A stretch of 63,158 nucleotides of DNA, filler included, from Chiloscyllium plagiosum (lineage: Eukaryota): assembly GCF_004010195.1 (NCBI RefSeq). It is 6 parts of one record of this genome, joined end to end, with 100 filler letters (N's around TTAATTAATTAA, not from the genome) between each part and the next. Parts side by side here need not be neighbours in the genome. Positions count along the whole stretch, not along the records: positions 1 to 10,667 come from NC_057710.1; positions 10,768 to 19,264 come from NC_057710.1; 4 more parts are not named here. One strand, written 5' to 3'. Position 1 is the first letter of the stretch. The number at the start of each line of letters is the position of its first letter. This document shows positions 1 through 12,870 of the stretch, in pieces. Made by a program: the position numbers and the translations under genes. Under the pieces are notes generated by a model that saw nothing but the letters and a program-made list of their open reading frames with translations, was not told where the DNA came from and ran no database searches.

Positions 1-806
1 CAAGATCCTGTTGTAGTCTGAGGTAACCCTCTTTGCTGTCCACTACACCTCCAATTTTGGTGTCATCTGCAAACTTACTAACTGTACCTCTTATGCTTGC
101 ATCCAAATCATTTATGTAAATGACAAAAAGTAGTGGACCCAGCACCGATCCTAAAAAACAACCCTCCACCACCACCCTCTGTCTTCTACCTTTGAGCCAG
201 TTCTGTATCCAAATGGCTAGTTCTCCCTGTATTCCATGAGATCTAACATTGCTAATCAGTCTCCCATGGGGAACCTTATCAAACGCCTTACTGAAGTCCA
301 TATAGATCACATCTACTGCTCCTGCCCTCAATCTTCTTTGTTACTTCTTCAAAAAACTCAATTAAGTTTGTGAGACATGATTTTCCACGCATAAAGCCAT
401 ATTGACTATCCCGAATCAGTCCTTGTCTTTCCAAATACATGTACATCCTGTCCCTCAGGATTCCCTCCAATAACTTTCCCTCCACCAAGGTCAGGCTCAC
501 TGGTCTATAGTTCCCTGGTTTGTCTTTACCGCCCTTCTTAAACAGTGGCACCACGTTTGCCAACCTCCAGTCTTCCGGCACCTCACCTGTGACTGTCGAT
601 GATACAAGTATCTCAGCAAGAGGCCCAGCAATCACTTCTCTAGCTTCCCACAGAGTTCTCTGGTATACCTGATCAGGTCCTGGGGATTTATCCACTTTTA
701 ACCGTTTCAAGGCATCGAGCACTTCCTCCTCTATAATCTGGACATTTTGCAAGATGTCACCATCTATTTCCCTACAGTCTATATCTTCCATATCCTTTTC
801 CACAAT
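1..806 (-). mobile_element. CR1 LINE ORF2 (RT) fragment
   Basis: ORF 288-854: KSPGPD, VPEDWRLANVVPLFKKG, NYRPVSLT, SQYGF, SCLTNL. Confidence 0.93.
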
Positions 807-852
807 GAACCCAAAAATAAGATGGAAAACAGTTTCTGAAAGAAGTACAAAC

Positions 853-1770
853 ATAGAAACACAGAAAATAGGAGCAGGATGAGGCAGTTCACCCTTTCAG
901 TTTTGCTCGGATTTCATCACAATCATGGCTGACCATCCAACTCAATAGCCTGGCCCTGCTTTCTCCCCATAACTTTTCTCCCATAACTTTTCTCCCATTC
1001 CCCCCAAGGTGCTATATGTAGCCACCTCTTGAATGTATTCAATGTATTGACATCAACTACTTCATGTGGTAATCAATTCCACAAGCTCACCATGCTTTGG
1101 GTGAAGAAATGTCTTCTCATGTCCTTCGTAAATAGCTTACCCTGAATCCTCAGACTGTGACCCCTGGTTCTGGACACACCCACCATCATGAACATCCTCC
1201 CTGCATCGACCCTGTCTTGTCTTGTTAGAATTTTATATGTTTCGATAAGATCCCTCCTCATTCATCTGAACTCCAGTGAAAACAATCCTAATCTACTCAA
1301 TCTATCTTCATACGCCATCCCTGGAATCAGCCTGGTAAACCTTCGTTGCACTCCCTCCAGAGCAAAAGCATCCTTCCTCAAAAAAGGAGACCAAAACTGC
1401 ATACAATATTCTAGGTATGGTCTCACCAATGCCCTATATAACTGATAAACACCTCCCTACTCCTGTACTCGAAACCTCTCGCAATGAAGACAATCATACT
1501 ATTTGCCTTCTTTACCACCTGCTTACCTTCAGTGACTGGTGCACAAGGACACCCAGATCTGACTGCACATTCCTCTCTCCCAATTTAGAGATTCAGGTAG
1601 CAATCTGCCTTCTTGTTTTTGCTTCCAGAGTGAATAATTTCACATTATACTGTGCCATTGATTTGCCCACTCACCCAACCTGTCCAGATCACGCTGAAGC
1701 ATCTCTGTATCCTCGTCACAGTTCACCCTCCCACCCAACTTGGTATCATCTGCAAACTTTGAGATGTTAT
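853..1770 (-). mobile_element. CR1 LINE 3' fragment, degenerate
   Basis: [22 protein letters not shown] and RHFFTQ...SLWN motifs. Confidence 0.85.
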
Positions 1771-1779
1771 AGTTTACAG

Positions 1780-2720
1780 AGAAATATTGAGAAGTCAAAT
1801 AAATAGACAAATGTTGGCAACTGGTGGAAATGTGGGAAATTGCAAAGCTGTTCATTTTTGAAAGGCAAGCAAAAGAACAGAATATTATTTATATGGAGAA
1901 AACTGAAGAAAGTTGCACCACAAAGGGACTTGGGAGAACCTGTTTGTGAAATACAGAAAGCTAGCATCTTGGTGCAGGAGGTAATCAGGTAGGTAAAAAC
2001 AATGACTGCAGATGCTGGAAACCAGATTCTGGATTAGTGGTACTGGAAAAGCACAGCATTTCAGGCAGTATCCGAGGAGCAGTAAAATCAATGTTTCGGG
2101 CAAAAGTCCTAGGAATACAGGAGGTAATCAGGAAGGCACGTATTGGCCCTTATTTCAAGGGAGTTGGAGGATAAGAGTAGGAAAGTCTTACTGTAACTCA
2201 AGAAGGTACTGGTGAGACCACATCTAGTGTACTGTGAACAGTTTTGGTCCCACTATTGGAAGAAAGATGTCATTTCATTTAACACAGTTTAGAGAAGTTT
2301 CACCAGGACGATTTTAAGCAAAGTCAAAACAGGTTGTGGCTCTACTCACTGGAGGTTAGAAGAAAGAGAGGTGATCTCATTGAAACGTACAAGATTCTTA
2401 AGAGGCTTGAAAGGGTAAATGCTGAAAGGATGCTTCTCCTCATGAGAGAGCATAGGACCAGAGCACAGTCTCAGAATAAAGAGACCAATTTAACACTGAG
2501 TCATGAATTTTTTTCTCTGAGAGAATTCTGAGTGGTTGGAACCTCTTGCCAGAGAGAGCTTTGGGGGCAGAGTTCTCATGTATATTTAAAGCTGAGGTGG
2601 AGAGAGTTTTAATCAGTTAGAGGTCAAGGGTTATGACAAGTAGCAGGAAAGTGGACATGAGGAATGTCAGTTCAGTTTTGATCCTGTTGAATGGGCAGCT
2701 ATTCCTGTTTTATTTCTTCT
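1780..2720 (+). mobile_element. CR1 LINE 3' fragment interrupted by a short PLE insertion
   Basis: LYSLEVRRKRGDLIETYKILK; insertion at 1990-2117. Confidence 0.8.
1990..2117 (-). mobile_element. Short Penelope-derived terminal fragment with 15-bp TSD
   Basis: TSD caggaggtaatcagg at 1975-1989 and 2118-2132. Same sequence as the ends of the longer PLE copies. Confidence 0.85.
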
Positions 2721-2952
2721 GTTATTTTGGTCATTCTGTCCTCCATCTTGGCTAGGACAAACAAGGCAAGGGAGTAAATGGTGAACAGAAGGTCACTGGG
2801 AAGTACCAAGGATCAGAGGAACTTGGTGAGCAAATCAACTGGTCCCTTAAGGTCGTTGGCTAGTGGATAGATAAAGTGGTTAAGAAGGGCCATGGTAGGC
2901 TATCTTTTATTAGTCGAAACATAGAATTTAAGAATAGGGAAATGATGCTGTA

Positions 2953-4155
2953 AATAGAACATAGAACAGTACAGCACAGAACAAGCCCTTCAGCCCACGA
3001 TGTTGTGCTGACCACTGATCCTCATGTATGCACCCTCAAATTTCTGTGACCATATGCATGTCCAGTAGTCGCTTAAATGTCCCCAATGACCTTGCTTCCA
3101 CAAATGCTGCTGGCGACGCATTCCATGCTCTCACAACTCTCTGTGTAAAGGACCCGCCTCTGACATCCCCTCTATACTTTCCTCCAATCAGCTTAAAACT
3201 ATGACCCCTCATGTTAGTCATTTCTGCTCTGGGAAATAGAATCGATAGCCAGAGACTATCTATGCCTCTCATTATCTTGTATACCTCAATTAGGTCCCCT
3301 CTCCTCCTCCTTTTCTCCAATGAAAGAAGTCCGAGCTCAGTCAACCTCTCCTCATAAGATAAGCCCTCCAGTCCGGGCAGCATCCTGGTAAACCTCCTCT
3401 GAACCCTCTCCAAAGCACTCACATCTTTCCTATAATAGGGCGTCCAGAACTGAACGCAGTATTCCAAGTGCGGTCTAACCAAAGTTTTATAGAACTGCAA
3501 CAAGATCTCACGACTCATAAACTCAATCCCCCTGTTAATGAAAGCCAAAACACCATATGCTTTCTTAACAACCCTGTCCACTTGGGTGGCCATTTTAAGG
3601 GATCTATGTACCTGCACACCAAGATCCCTCTGTTCCTCCACACTGCCAAGAATCCTATCCTTAATCCTGTACTCAGCTTTCAAATTCGACCTTCCAAAAT
3701 GCATCACCTCGCATTTATCCAAAATGCATCACCTCCATCTGCCACCTTTCAGCCCATCTCTGCATCCTGTCAATGTCCCGCTGCAGCCTACAACAGTCCT
3801 CTATACTGTCAACGACACCTCCAATCTTTGTGTCATCTGCAAACCTGCTGACCCATCCTTCAATCCCCTCATCCAAGTCATTAATAAAAATTACAAACAA
3901 TAGAGGCCCAAGGACAGAACCCTGTAGAACACCACTCACCACAGACTTCCAGGCAGAATACTTTACTTCTACTACCACTCGCTGTCTTCTGTTGGCCAGC
4001 CAATTCTGTATCCAGACAGCTAAGTTCCTCTGTATCCCATTCCTCCTGACCTTCCGAATGAGCCTACCATGGGGAACCTTATCAAATGCCTTGCTGAAGT
4101 CCATATACACCACATCCACAGCTCAAACCTCATCAACTTTTCTAGTCACATCCCT
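2953..4155 (-). mobile_element. Young CR1 LINE 3' region with (ATAGAAC)n tail
   Basis: ORFs 3036-3722 and 3715-4119 (DFSKAFD, QGSVLGP, FADD, RPHLEYC). Very similar to 62026-63158. Confidence 0.95.
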
Positions 4156-4305
4156 CCGTTAATAAATATATAAATCTTTGAGCCGTGGAGACTCCATGGG
4201 CTAGAGGTCCTTTTTCTGTACACTATGACTTGGGTAGCACCGCTTACATGATTCTTCATAGCAACTGATTCACGAGAAGGGTTTCTCTTCTGCCCCTGCA
4301 GGGTA

Positions 4306-4650
4306 GATGATGGCCTCATGGTCTTCTCTCTGGACTGTTAATCCAGAGACCCAGGTAATGTTCTGTGGATGCAGAATTAAATCCTGCCACCGCATGCGGT
4401 TCCATAAAATTCAATACAGATGTGGAATTTGAAATCTAATGATGACCATGAAAACATTGTCATTTGTTGCAAAAAAATCAACTGTTTCACAAATGTCCAA
4501 GAGGGTAGGAAACTGCCTTCCTTACCTTGCCTACAGGTGACTCCAGACCATGCAGCAAGGTGGTTGAATCTTAACTGCCCTCGAGCCAATCAGCGAAGGG
4601 CAATAAATGCTGACCTAGATAGCGACACCCTCATCCCGTAACTGAGTAAA
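4306..4650 (+). mobile_element. Old tRNA-derived SINE (non-HE1). Related copies at about 10860-11210, 18113-18480, 36770-37100 and 53485-53630
   Basis: Recurrent core 'ccttacctggtctggcctacatgtgactccagacc...tggttgactcttaactgcc' with B-box-like 'gttcaaatccc' in the 18.1 kb copy. Confidence 0.7.
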
Positions 4651-5657
4651 ATTTTAAACAACCTGCTGTCCCAATGGCATGTTTTCCCCTGAGATATACT
4701 ATTACCCTCATATTGACACCATCACTAGATCCATTCTGTAACTCTGCTGATCTCTACCCTTGTCTACCTTTGCTGCTACAAACTTCATCCTGACCACGAC
4801 ACGCAATTCTGCCAATTCACTCCCATCTCATCCTGCACAATTACCCTCTGGAAACTTGAGATAATCCAAAACTCTGGTCCTGTTCTATCTCTAAAAACAT
4901 TTTGTTTGTGTAGATTACCCTCTGCTTGTTGGCTCACATTGCCTCTTATTTAAGGAAATGTTGATATTAAATTTCAATCTTTGTCTGCACATCTATCCTT
5001 GGCCTCACCTCTCCTGTATCATTATGTTCTTTTCCAGCTCAAATTCTCTGAGACATCATTAAAACACTAATTCTGGTCTTGCATTATCTGTAATTTTCAT
5101 TGGTTCACCAGTATAGGCATTTTTGCAATTGTCCGAGGTCTTGAGGTCTAGATTCACNNNNNNNNNNNNNNNNNNNNNNNNNNNNNNNNNNNNNNNNNNN
5201 NNNNNNNNNNNNNNNNNNNNNNNNNNNNNNNNNNNNNNNNNNNNNNNNNNNNNNNNNNNNNNNNNNNNNNNNNNNNNNNNNNNNNNNNNNNNNNNNNNNN
5301 NNNNNNNNNNNNNNNNNNNNNNNNNNNNNNNNNNNNNNNNNNNNNNNNNNNNNNNNNNNNNNNNNNNNNNNNNNNNNNNNNNNNNNNNNNNNNNNNNNNN
5401 NNNNNNNNNNNNNNNNNNNNNNNNNNNNNNNNNNNNNNNNNNNNNNNNNNNNNNNNNNNNNNNNNNNNNNNNNNNNNNNNNNNNNNNNNNNNNNNNNNNN
5501 NNNNNNNNNNNNNNNNNNNNNNNNNNNNNNNNNNNNNNNNNNNNNNNNNNNNNNNNNNNNNNNNNNNNNNNNNNNNNNNNNNNNNNNNNNNNNNNNNNNN
5601 NNNNNNNNNNNNNNNNNNNNNNNNNNNNNNNNNNNNNNNNNNNNNNNNNNNNNNNNN

Positions 5658-6050
5658 GGGAGCTGCAGGTAAAGGGGATGGAGGGGAGTTATGGGGGAGG
5701 CTTTTGGGTGGGAGAGGGCAGGGGAGGTGAGGTAGGGGTAGGTCAACACTAGTCAAGGGTACGACCTGGTTGGTGGATCGGAAGAATGAATCCAGTTGGG
5801 AGCTGAGAGGAAGGGCTGATCAGAGGAATGGAAGGGAGGGGAAGGGGCTGGAAACAGAGGAGGTGGATGGGAAGGGAGGATATTTCAAACTGGAGAACTC
5901 AATGTTTAGTCCTCCAGGCTGTAAGGTGCTCAGGTGGATGGTGAGGTGTTGTTCCTCTAATTTGTGCTCTGATTCACTGTGGCAATGGAGGAGGCAAAGG
6001 ATGGTTATGTTGGAAAGGGAGGGGGAAGAGTACTTTAAATTGGACGGAAG
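5658..6050 (-). mobile_element. Penelope-like element 3' fragment
   Basis: Translates LEEQHLTIHLSTLQPGGLNIEF, the GIY-YIG C-terminus of the PLE ORF, followed by a pyrimidine-rich UTR. Confidence 0.8.
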
Positions 6051-6059
6051 GGGGGATCC

Positions 6060-9000
6060 AAGATGGTGGTGATCTGGGAGGATCGTGTTGCAGAGCTCAG
6101 CATTGCAGCACAAGTAGGATGAATTTCTAACCCGCTCAACCTGGACCATCACGATATCCTGGGATTCTAGAAAGGTCAATGAGTCTGAGAAAACTGTGAA
6201 AAACTGACTTACCTGCGTTTTTGCCATCCAGAGATGCTGAAGAAGGGAGGAGAAGTGTCTGAGGCTGGACCCAAGGCCTTGCCTGCAGGATCATTGGACT
6301 CAATTACTTACCAGGCTCTGGTGAACAAGCTTGCGAAATCTCGTGAGATGTTGGGTCAGCAGATAGAGGAGAAGCTGGCCCCGATCTCTATCATGCTGCA
6401 GAAGCATGAACAGCAGCTTGGAGACCTGGAAGAGCAGACGGGTGAGGTTGAACGCAGAGTCACAGGGGTGGAAGTTGATGCCAGTTCCTCCAGGGATAGG
6501 ATCTAAGCCCTGGAGAAGCAGGACTGTAGTTTGCATGACCAAGTGGATGATCTTGAGAACAGGGGCAGGAGAAAGAATACTCCAATCGTTGGTCTGCCTG
6601 AGGGTAAGGAAGGAGAGCGGCCTGCAGAATTTATTGAGGACTGGATGCCAAAATTCTTTAACTTGGAGGCTGGCATGAGAGGCTTGAAGATCGAGGGGCC
6701 TCACCGGGTCATGGCATGGAGATCAGGTCTGGGTCAACATCTTCGTCCTCTCCTGGTGCAGTTTCATCACTACAGAGATAAGGAGAGAATCGTGGAAGCT
6801 TCCAGAATCAAGGGGAAGGATCCAAAGGCCCTAATTTATGAGGGCGCTAAGGTCATATTCTTCCAGGACTTCTCAGCGGCGGTGATCCAGAAAAGAATAT
6901 CCTGTGATGGTGTCAAGAGAAGACTGAGAGAGCTTGGGATCCAGTACTCTCTGAGGTATCGGGTGGTGCTCCGGTAAAACACCTTTAATGGATCTATACC
7001 TCTCTCTCTATGACACATCGGAGAAGGCAATAGACTTTGTGGACAAATTAACCTCATCTGAACAATTTAATATGTACAAATAGTCTTTGTTTTTTTAAAA
7101 GAAAACAGAGGAAGTCCAGTTGGAACTTTCTTTTCCTTTTTTCTTCTATGGGGTAATAACTTGTTTAAATTATGTTTGGTGGTGGTTGAGATATGTACTT
7201 TCAATTTCTAAGTTAAGTTATACCAAAGGATGGAGGGGGCAGTATTTACCCTTTTTTCTTTAAGAAATGTTCTTTATTCCATGGTGTATTTCCTTTCTTT
7301 TCTGCTTGTGTTTGTGGTGCGGTTTGAGCTAGGAGGAGGGAAAATGGTTGGGATGGCTAGGTGCCTACTTATGGGCAGTTTGGGATGGGTAATTGCCCCC
7401 TTTGGGCAGGGGTTGAGTTCCTCCACTCAGTGCTGTTGATGCTTTATATGTTGGTTTGTTTTTTGATTTTTGTTGTTTTTAATCTTAGATAGTTTTGTAG
7501 ATTTGTTAAATGTAGTGGTTTTAGTTTATGTAGTTTTTATGTTGAATGGATCATGTGACTCTAAGGCTCAGTGATTTGTGGTTCGTGTTCCTCCTCTCTG
7601 GAATTTAAATGCTACTGCAGAAGGTTATGATGAATGACTTAATTAAATGGTGTATCAAGGGGAGTCACTCACCAGTTCAGAAGAAGGTACTTTTGAGTCT
7701 GAGAAAGGAGAAGGTGCATATTGCTTTGTTACAGGACACACACTTGGATGATAGGGAGCACCTGAAACTACAGCAGAATGGCTTTACCCAAGTTTATTTT
7801 TCATCAGTTAATACCAGAAGGAGGAATCTCCCATTTAAGTTACGAGAGTGCGTTAAAGACACACATGGGAGGTTTGTAATTCTTAAAATGGGGAAGAATG
7901 TGGTGTTTTAAATGTTTATTGGTCTCCAGCTCATCCCCTCAAATTTTAGGTAAATGCGTTTTCTAAACTGATCAATCTCGAGTCCTGGCACATCATTAAA
8001 GGGGGAGATTTTAACTGTCTCATGGATCCCACAGTAGACAGGATGCCCAAAGGCCCCCTGATACCCTCTGTACAAACTAAACAATTAGTGGATCTGTGTG
8101 TGTGGGGAGAGTTAGGGTTGGTGGATGTCTGGAGGCATCTCCACCCTACAGGCAGGGATTTTACTTTTTTTTTCAATTCGCACAGATGTCGCATCAGGAT
8201 TGATGCTTTTCTCTGACCCCTGTGGCAACCCTGGACTTGGTGGCATCTTGTACGATTGGTAATATTACCATCTCCGATCATGCTCCAGTGTACCTGTTGA
8301 TTAAGGTTAAGGATGTTACAGTGCGTTCGAAGTATTGGTGAATGGGTCCTTTTATCCTCAAGGATAATGTGTTTGTGGAGTATTTCTCTAGGGAATTTCA
8401 GGCATTCTTAGACATTAACTCAGGCTCGGTTGGTAGTCCATCCGTCCTTTGGGAAACTGCCAAAGCCTATGCCAGGGGGTTAATTATTTCCTACTCTGCC
8501 AGTAGGAAGCGGCAGAAGGGTGAGTAGCAACGTCTCCGTGAAGCACGGTTAAGGGTAGCCGAGAAGGCTTACTCTGACAGGCCCTCGTTGGTCATACTCC
8601 AGAGGATTACAGCACTGCGGTCTGCATTGAATTCTGTGCTCATGCAGACAGCAAAGAAGGAGCTTACTTTTGCAAAGCAACGCTTGTATGAGCGTGGTGA
8701 CAGGCCAGGCAAATACTTAGCATATCTCGCCAGGGAAAGGAGGGCCCCACAAGCCATGCTGGTGATCAGGGAAGCGTCGAGGAACCTAACATTTGACTCC
8801 AAAAAGATTAATATGGCATTCCAGAGATTTTACTCAATGTTATGCCAATTTGAGGGTTGTGAGGAGGGGCAGGCCAAAATGGAATCTTTTTTAAGGATCT
8901 GGAGCTCCTGGGCATGACCTCCCAACAAGAGTCCTTTCTCAATGCCCCCTTATGAGAGCAAGAGGTGCAGGAAGCTGTGAGGCAGCTTCAGAGTGGAAAG

Positions 9001-10560
9001 GTGCCTGGTCCGGACGGACTTCCCAGTGAATTCTACAAGGAATTTATAAACATACTGTCAGGCCGGATTTAATGTTTAATGGCTCATAGAGCCATGATTG
9101 TCTCCCGTCATCTCTGAGACAGGCCAATATTTTGCTTATTCTTAAAAAAGGAAGGTCCCAGAGGACTGTGCTTCGTACAGACCCATTTCGCCCTTAAATG
9201 TGGACTTTAAAATCCTCTCTAAGACTCTCGCATTAAGGCTGAGAGTGTGTTACCTTCTATTGTTAAAGAGGATCAGATGGGCTTCATAAAGGGTCGCAGA
9301 CCCTCCAATAATGTTAGGAGACTGCTCAATGTAATTCAAACATGTCAACAACAGTCAATACAGGGATTGGTGATTTCTCTGGATGCAGAGAAGGCATTTG
9401 ACTGATTTGAACGGTCATACCTTTTCTATATGCAGGTTGGTTTGGGCGAAGTCTTTTTAAGATGGTTAAAGGTTCTCTACAGAGGCCCTCTCGCTGTGGA
9501 CATCACCAGTGAGGTATGATCCAGCAATTTTAAGGTTTTAAGGAGCAGCCAGCAGGGATGTCCTCTTTCGCCACTGTTTTTTACGTTGGTGATTGAATGA
9601 TTAGCGGAGGCCATTCGCAGGGACCCTAATAGATCAGCTCCAGAAGTGGGGTCAAAATTACATAAGATTTTGTTGTATCGGACGATGTCCTAATTTTTTT
9701 TTTCAAATCCAGCAGTTTCAGTGCCTTGCCTGATACAATGCGGTAAAAACAATGACTGCAGATGCTGGAAACCAGATTCTGGATTAGTGATGCTGGAAGA
9801 GCACAGCAGTTCAGGCAGCATCCGAGGAGCTTCGAAATCGACGTTTCGGGCAAAAGCACAATGCATCTGCGCGCTTGGCACCTTTTCGGGGTACAAGTTT
9901 AATCTTGCAAAATCAGAGGCTATGCCAAAGGGGGTTGTATTATGAAGGTGGTCTTGAGGGCAAATATCGATTTCCATTTAAGTGGTCACAGGGGGTTTTG
10001 TGTATTTGGGCATATTCATTACCCAAGTTCTGGATCAGCTTTTCAAAGCTTCCAGTCTCATGGTTGGGTTGGATTGCACTTATTAAGATGAACATTCTCA
10101 CCCGTTTGTTATACCCTATACGGATGCTCCCCCTGATTTTCAATAAGCAAACATTCAGGAGGCTGAATGGCTGGTTCAGCTCCTTTATTTGGCCTCGTAA
10201 GCAGCCCCTCATTAAATTAGTTAAACTGCAACTGCCTCACAGACTGGAGGGAGTGGACCTTCCGGACATTAAAAGCTACCAACTAAGCTTGCTCTTATCC
10301 TGTGTGAGTGATTGGGCTTGTGGGGACCCTCTCTCAATATGGTTAGATATCGAAGCCTCCCAGGAAACGTGCCCCCTTTCCAATTTGCTGTTTCTAGACA
10401 ACATGAGGACAGTCAGGGAATATTGCCATAACCCAATAGTTATCCATACTGTTAAAACATGGAGGGCTATTCGACAGAGGGAAGACAATACTGGCAAAAC
10501 ATCTTCTCTTACACCTATAGTGGGCATGTTGGGTTTTCAACCAGGGATGATAGATCCGAA
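6060..10560 (+). mobile_element. L1-clade LINE, near full length but pseudogenised (ORF1 about 6234-6977, T-rich spacer, ORF2 APE-RT about 7630-10560)
   Basis: ORF1: DLENRGRRKN.IVGLPEG, PLLVQFHHYRDK, FQDFS. ORF2: IALLQDTH, GGDFN, SDH, WETAKAYARG, DAEKAFD and QGCPLSP-like motifs. Many stops and frameshifts; 3' end cut by a PLE. Confidence 0.92.
9742..9857 (-). mobile_element. Short PLE terminal fragment inserted in L1 ORF2
   Basis: TSD acaatgc at 9735-9741 and 9858-9864. Truncated inside the ribozyme stem II (gggcaaaagc). Confidence 0.88.
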
Positions 10561-11286
10561 AAGATCACCCCCTCCATGACTCCCTCGTCAGGTCCAAACC
10601 TCCCACCAACCCAACCTCCACTCCCGGCACCTTCTCCTGCAACCGCAAGAAATGCAAAACTTGCGCCNNNNNNNNNNNNNNNNNNNNNNNNNNNNNNNNN
10701 NNNNNNNNNNNTTAATTAATTAANNNNNNNNNNNNNNNNNNNNNNNNNNNNNNNNNNNNNNNNNNNNGCTAGAACACCCTGCACACCATGTGACTTCACT
10801 TTCTCCATTAGTTTACAGTGGGGAACCTTATCAAATGCCCACTGGATGAGAAACCCAGGAAACCAGCTAATGTTTTGGGAACCCTTGTCTTAATCCTGCC
10901 ACTGTAGATAGAGGAATTTGAGGTCAACAAAATCTGGAATTAAAATTCTAATGTAGGCCATGAAACAATTGTTGGGAAGGAATCCTGATCCGGTCTGGCA
11001 TACACGTGACTCCAGACCCACAACAATGTGGTTTGCTTCTAACATGCCTCTGAAATCACTCAGTTTATTTTGTGACAAAGTCTCAAAAAAGGACTGAAAC
11101 CAGACAGATCATCTGTCTTCGACCTACACTCTGGAAGTGACAACATCAACCATAGCCCTGTCGACACTGAAAAGTAGTCCTTATTAACATCTGTGGGCTG
11201 TACCAACATTGGAAGAGCCGACATTCTTGATGAAGGGCTTTTGCCCAAAACGTCAACTCTCCTGCTCCTTGGATGCTGCCTGACCT

Positions 11287-11600
11287 ACTGTGCTTTTCCA
11301 GCACCACACATCACAGATCACACATAACTTCAACTTTTGTATCATCCTGCCATGAGGGACCTTATCAAAGGCTTTGCTAAAGTCCATTTGACAACGTCAA
11401 GCACTCTGCCCTCATCAATAATCTTTGTCATTTCTTCAAAGAACTGTGCTTTTCCAGCACCACACATCACAGATCACACATAACTTCAACTTTTGTATCA
11501 TCCTGCCATGAGGGACCTTATCAAAGGCTTTGCTAAAGTCCATTTGACAACGTCAAGCACTCTGCCCTCATCAATAATCTTTGTCATTTCTTCAAAGAAC
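11287..11600. repeat. Tandem duplication, 156-bp unit x2
   Basis: actgtgcttttccagcaccacacatcacagatc... starts at 11287 and again at 11443. Confidence 0.92.
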
Positions 11601-11910
11601 TCAATCAGGTTGGTGAGGAATGAGCTCCCCCACACAAAACCATCCTCTCTCTCGCTAATAACTCCATAATTTTCCAATATGAGTAAATTCTGTCGCTTAG
11701 AATCTTCTTCAATAATTTCCCTACCACTGACCTAAGACTCATCAGGCAATAACTTCCTGGACTGTCTCTATTGTCTTTCTGAGACAAAGGAAGAGCATTG
11801 GCTATTTTCCATTTCTCTGGGACCTCTTCTGTGACTAATGAGGATACAATCATTTCATATGGGCAATATCTTCACCTGCTTCCCTTAGTATTCTCGGATA
11901 GATCAGTTCC
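11325..11910 (-). mobile_element. CR1 RT fragment
   Basis: VPEKWKIANALP...SVVGKLL and DFSKAFD-like motifs. Confidence 0.8.
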
Positions 11911-12699
11911 TGTGATCTGGGTTCTGGGGACACAGGATAGTTAGCCAGGCCAAATTAGACTCCCTATCACTGGATTCACTACACAGTAAATCAGAACAAT
12001 TAATGGCTGTCAAAATTATTCAGTTCCTCACTAGACTTTACAAATAACCACAACAAAAACAAATTACTGGACAAGTTCAGCAAATCTGGCAGTATATTTT
12101 GCGAGAAAGCATAGTTAACATTTTTTTTACCCACCCCAACACCTTCATCCTTTCATGACACAAGTTGCTTTTGGCCTACAGCCTATCCAATCTCTCCTAC
12201 TCTTAGTTCTCATTATCACTTTGTCAGTTTCTCTTCTTTCCTGACTTATGATCATCAATCCCTCCCTAGCCTTTCACCTTTCTCTCTCTCTCTCTCTGCG
12301 ATCCATCTCCACCTATCTGCTCATCTCCCCTTCCCTCTACTCCCCTCCCTTCCTACCACCCAGCGCTCAGCATAAATACCACTGTGTGATAGCTGCTGCA
12401 ATTTCTGATGAACACAACTACATCTGTCCTCGAGTAAGGGAGCCAAAACTATACTCAGTATTCAAGGTGTGATCTCTCTAATACTTGTTTACTTTTATAC
12501 TTTATTCATTTTGCATTGAATGCCAAAACTCCATGTGCCTTCCTTATTACCTGCAGCACCTGCATATTTGCATAATTCATGCACAAGCACACCCAGATCC
12601 CGCTGTACCGAAGCACTCTGAAGTTTTGTTCCCTTTAGATAATAAGTTGCTTTCATATTCCTCCATCCAAAATGAATAACCTCACATTTATCCTCCTCA

Positions 12700-12870
12700 A
12701 AGGTCACACAACATCAAGTTATAGTCTGACAGGTTTACTTGAAATCATAAGCTTTCGCAGCATTGCCCCTTTGTGAGGGACGTCATCTGATGAAGGGCAG
12801 TGCTCTGAAAGCTTGTGGCTTCAAATAAACCTGTCAGAATATAACTTGATGTTATGTGATGTTTGACCTT
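12700..12870. mobile_element. Palindromic PLE-terminus element with hammerhead core
   Basis: About 80-bp inverted arms; ctgatgaagggcagtgctctgaaagctt at 12787. Confidence 0.8.

Noticed and set aside
5105..5756. Long ORFs full of X (also about 16.9-17.4 kb and 46.9-47.8 kb)
   Set aside because: They read through N gaps.
10712..10723. TTAATTAATTAA palindrome centred in N runs (also 19309, 31966, 42648, 53169)
   Set aside because: It sits at the same position in 100-bp gaps and has stops in all six frames, so it is an artificial scaffolding spacer.
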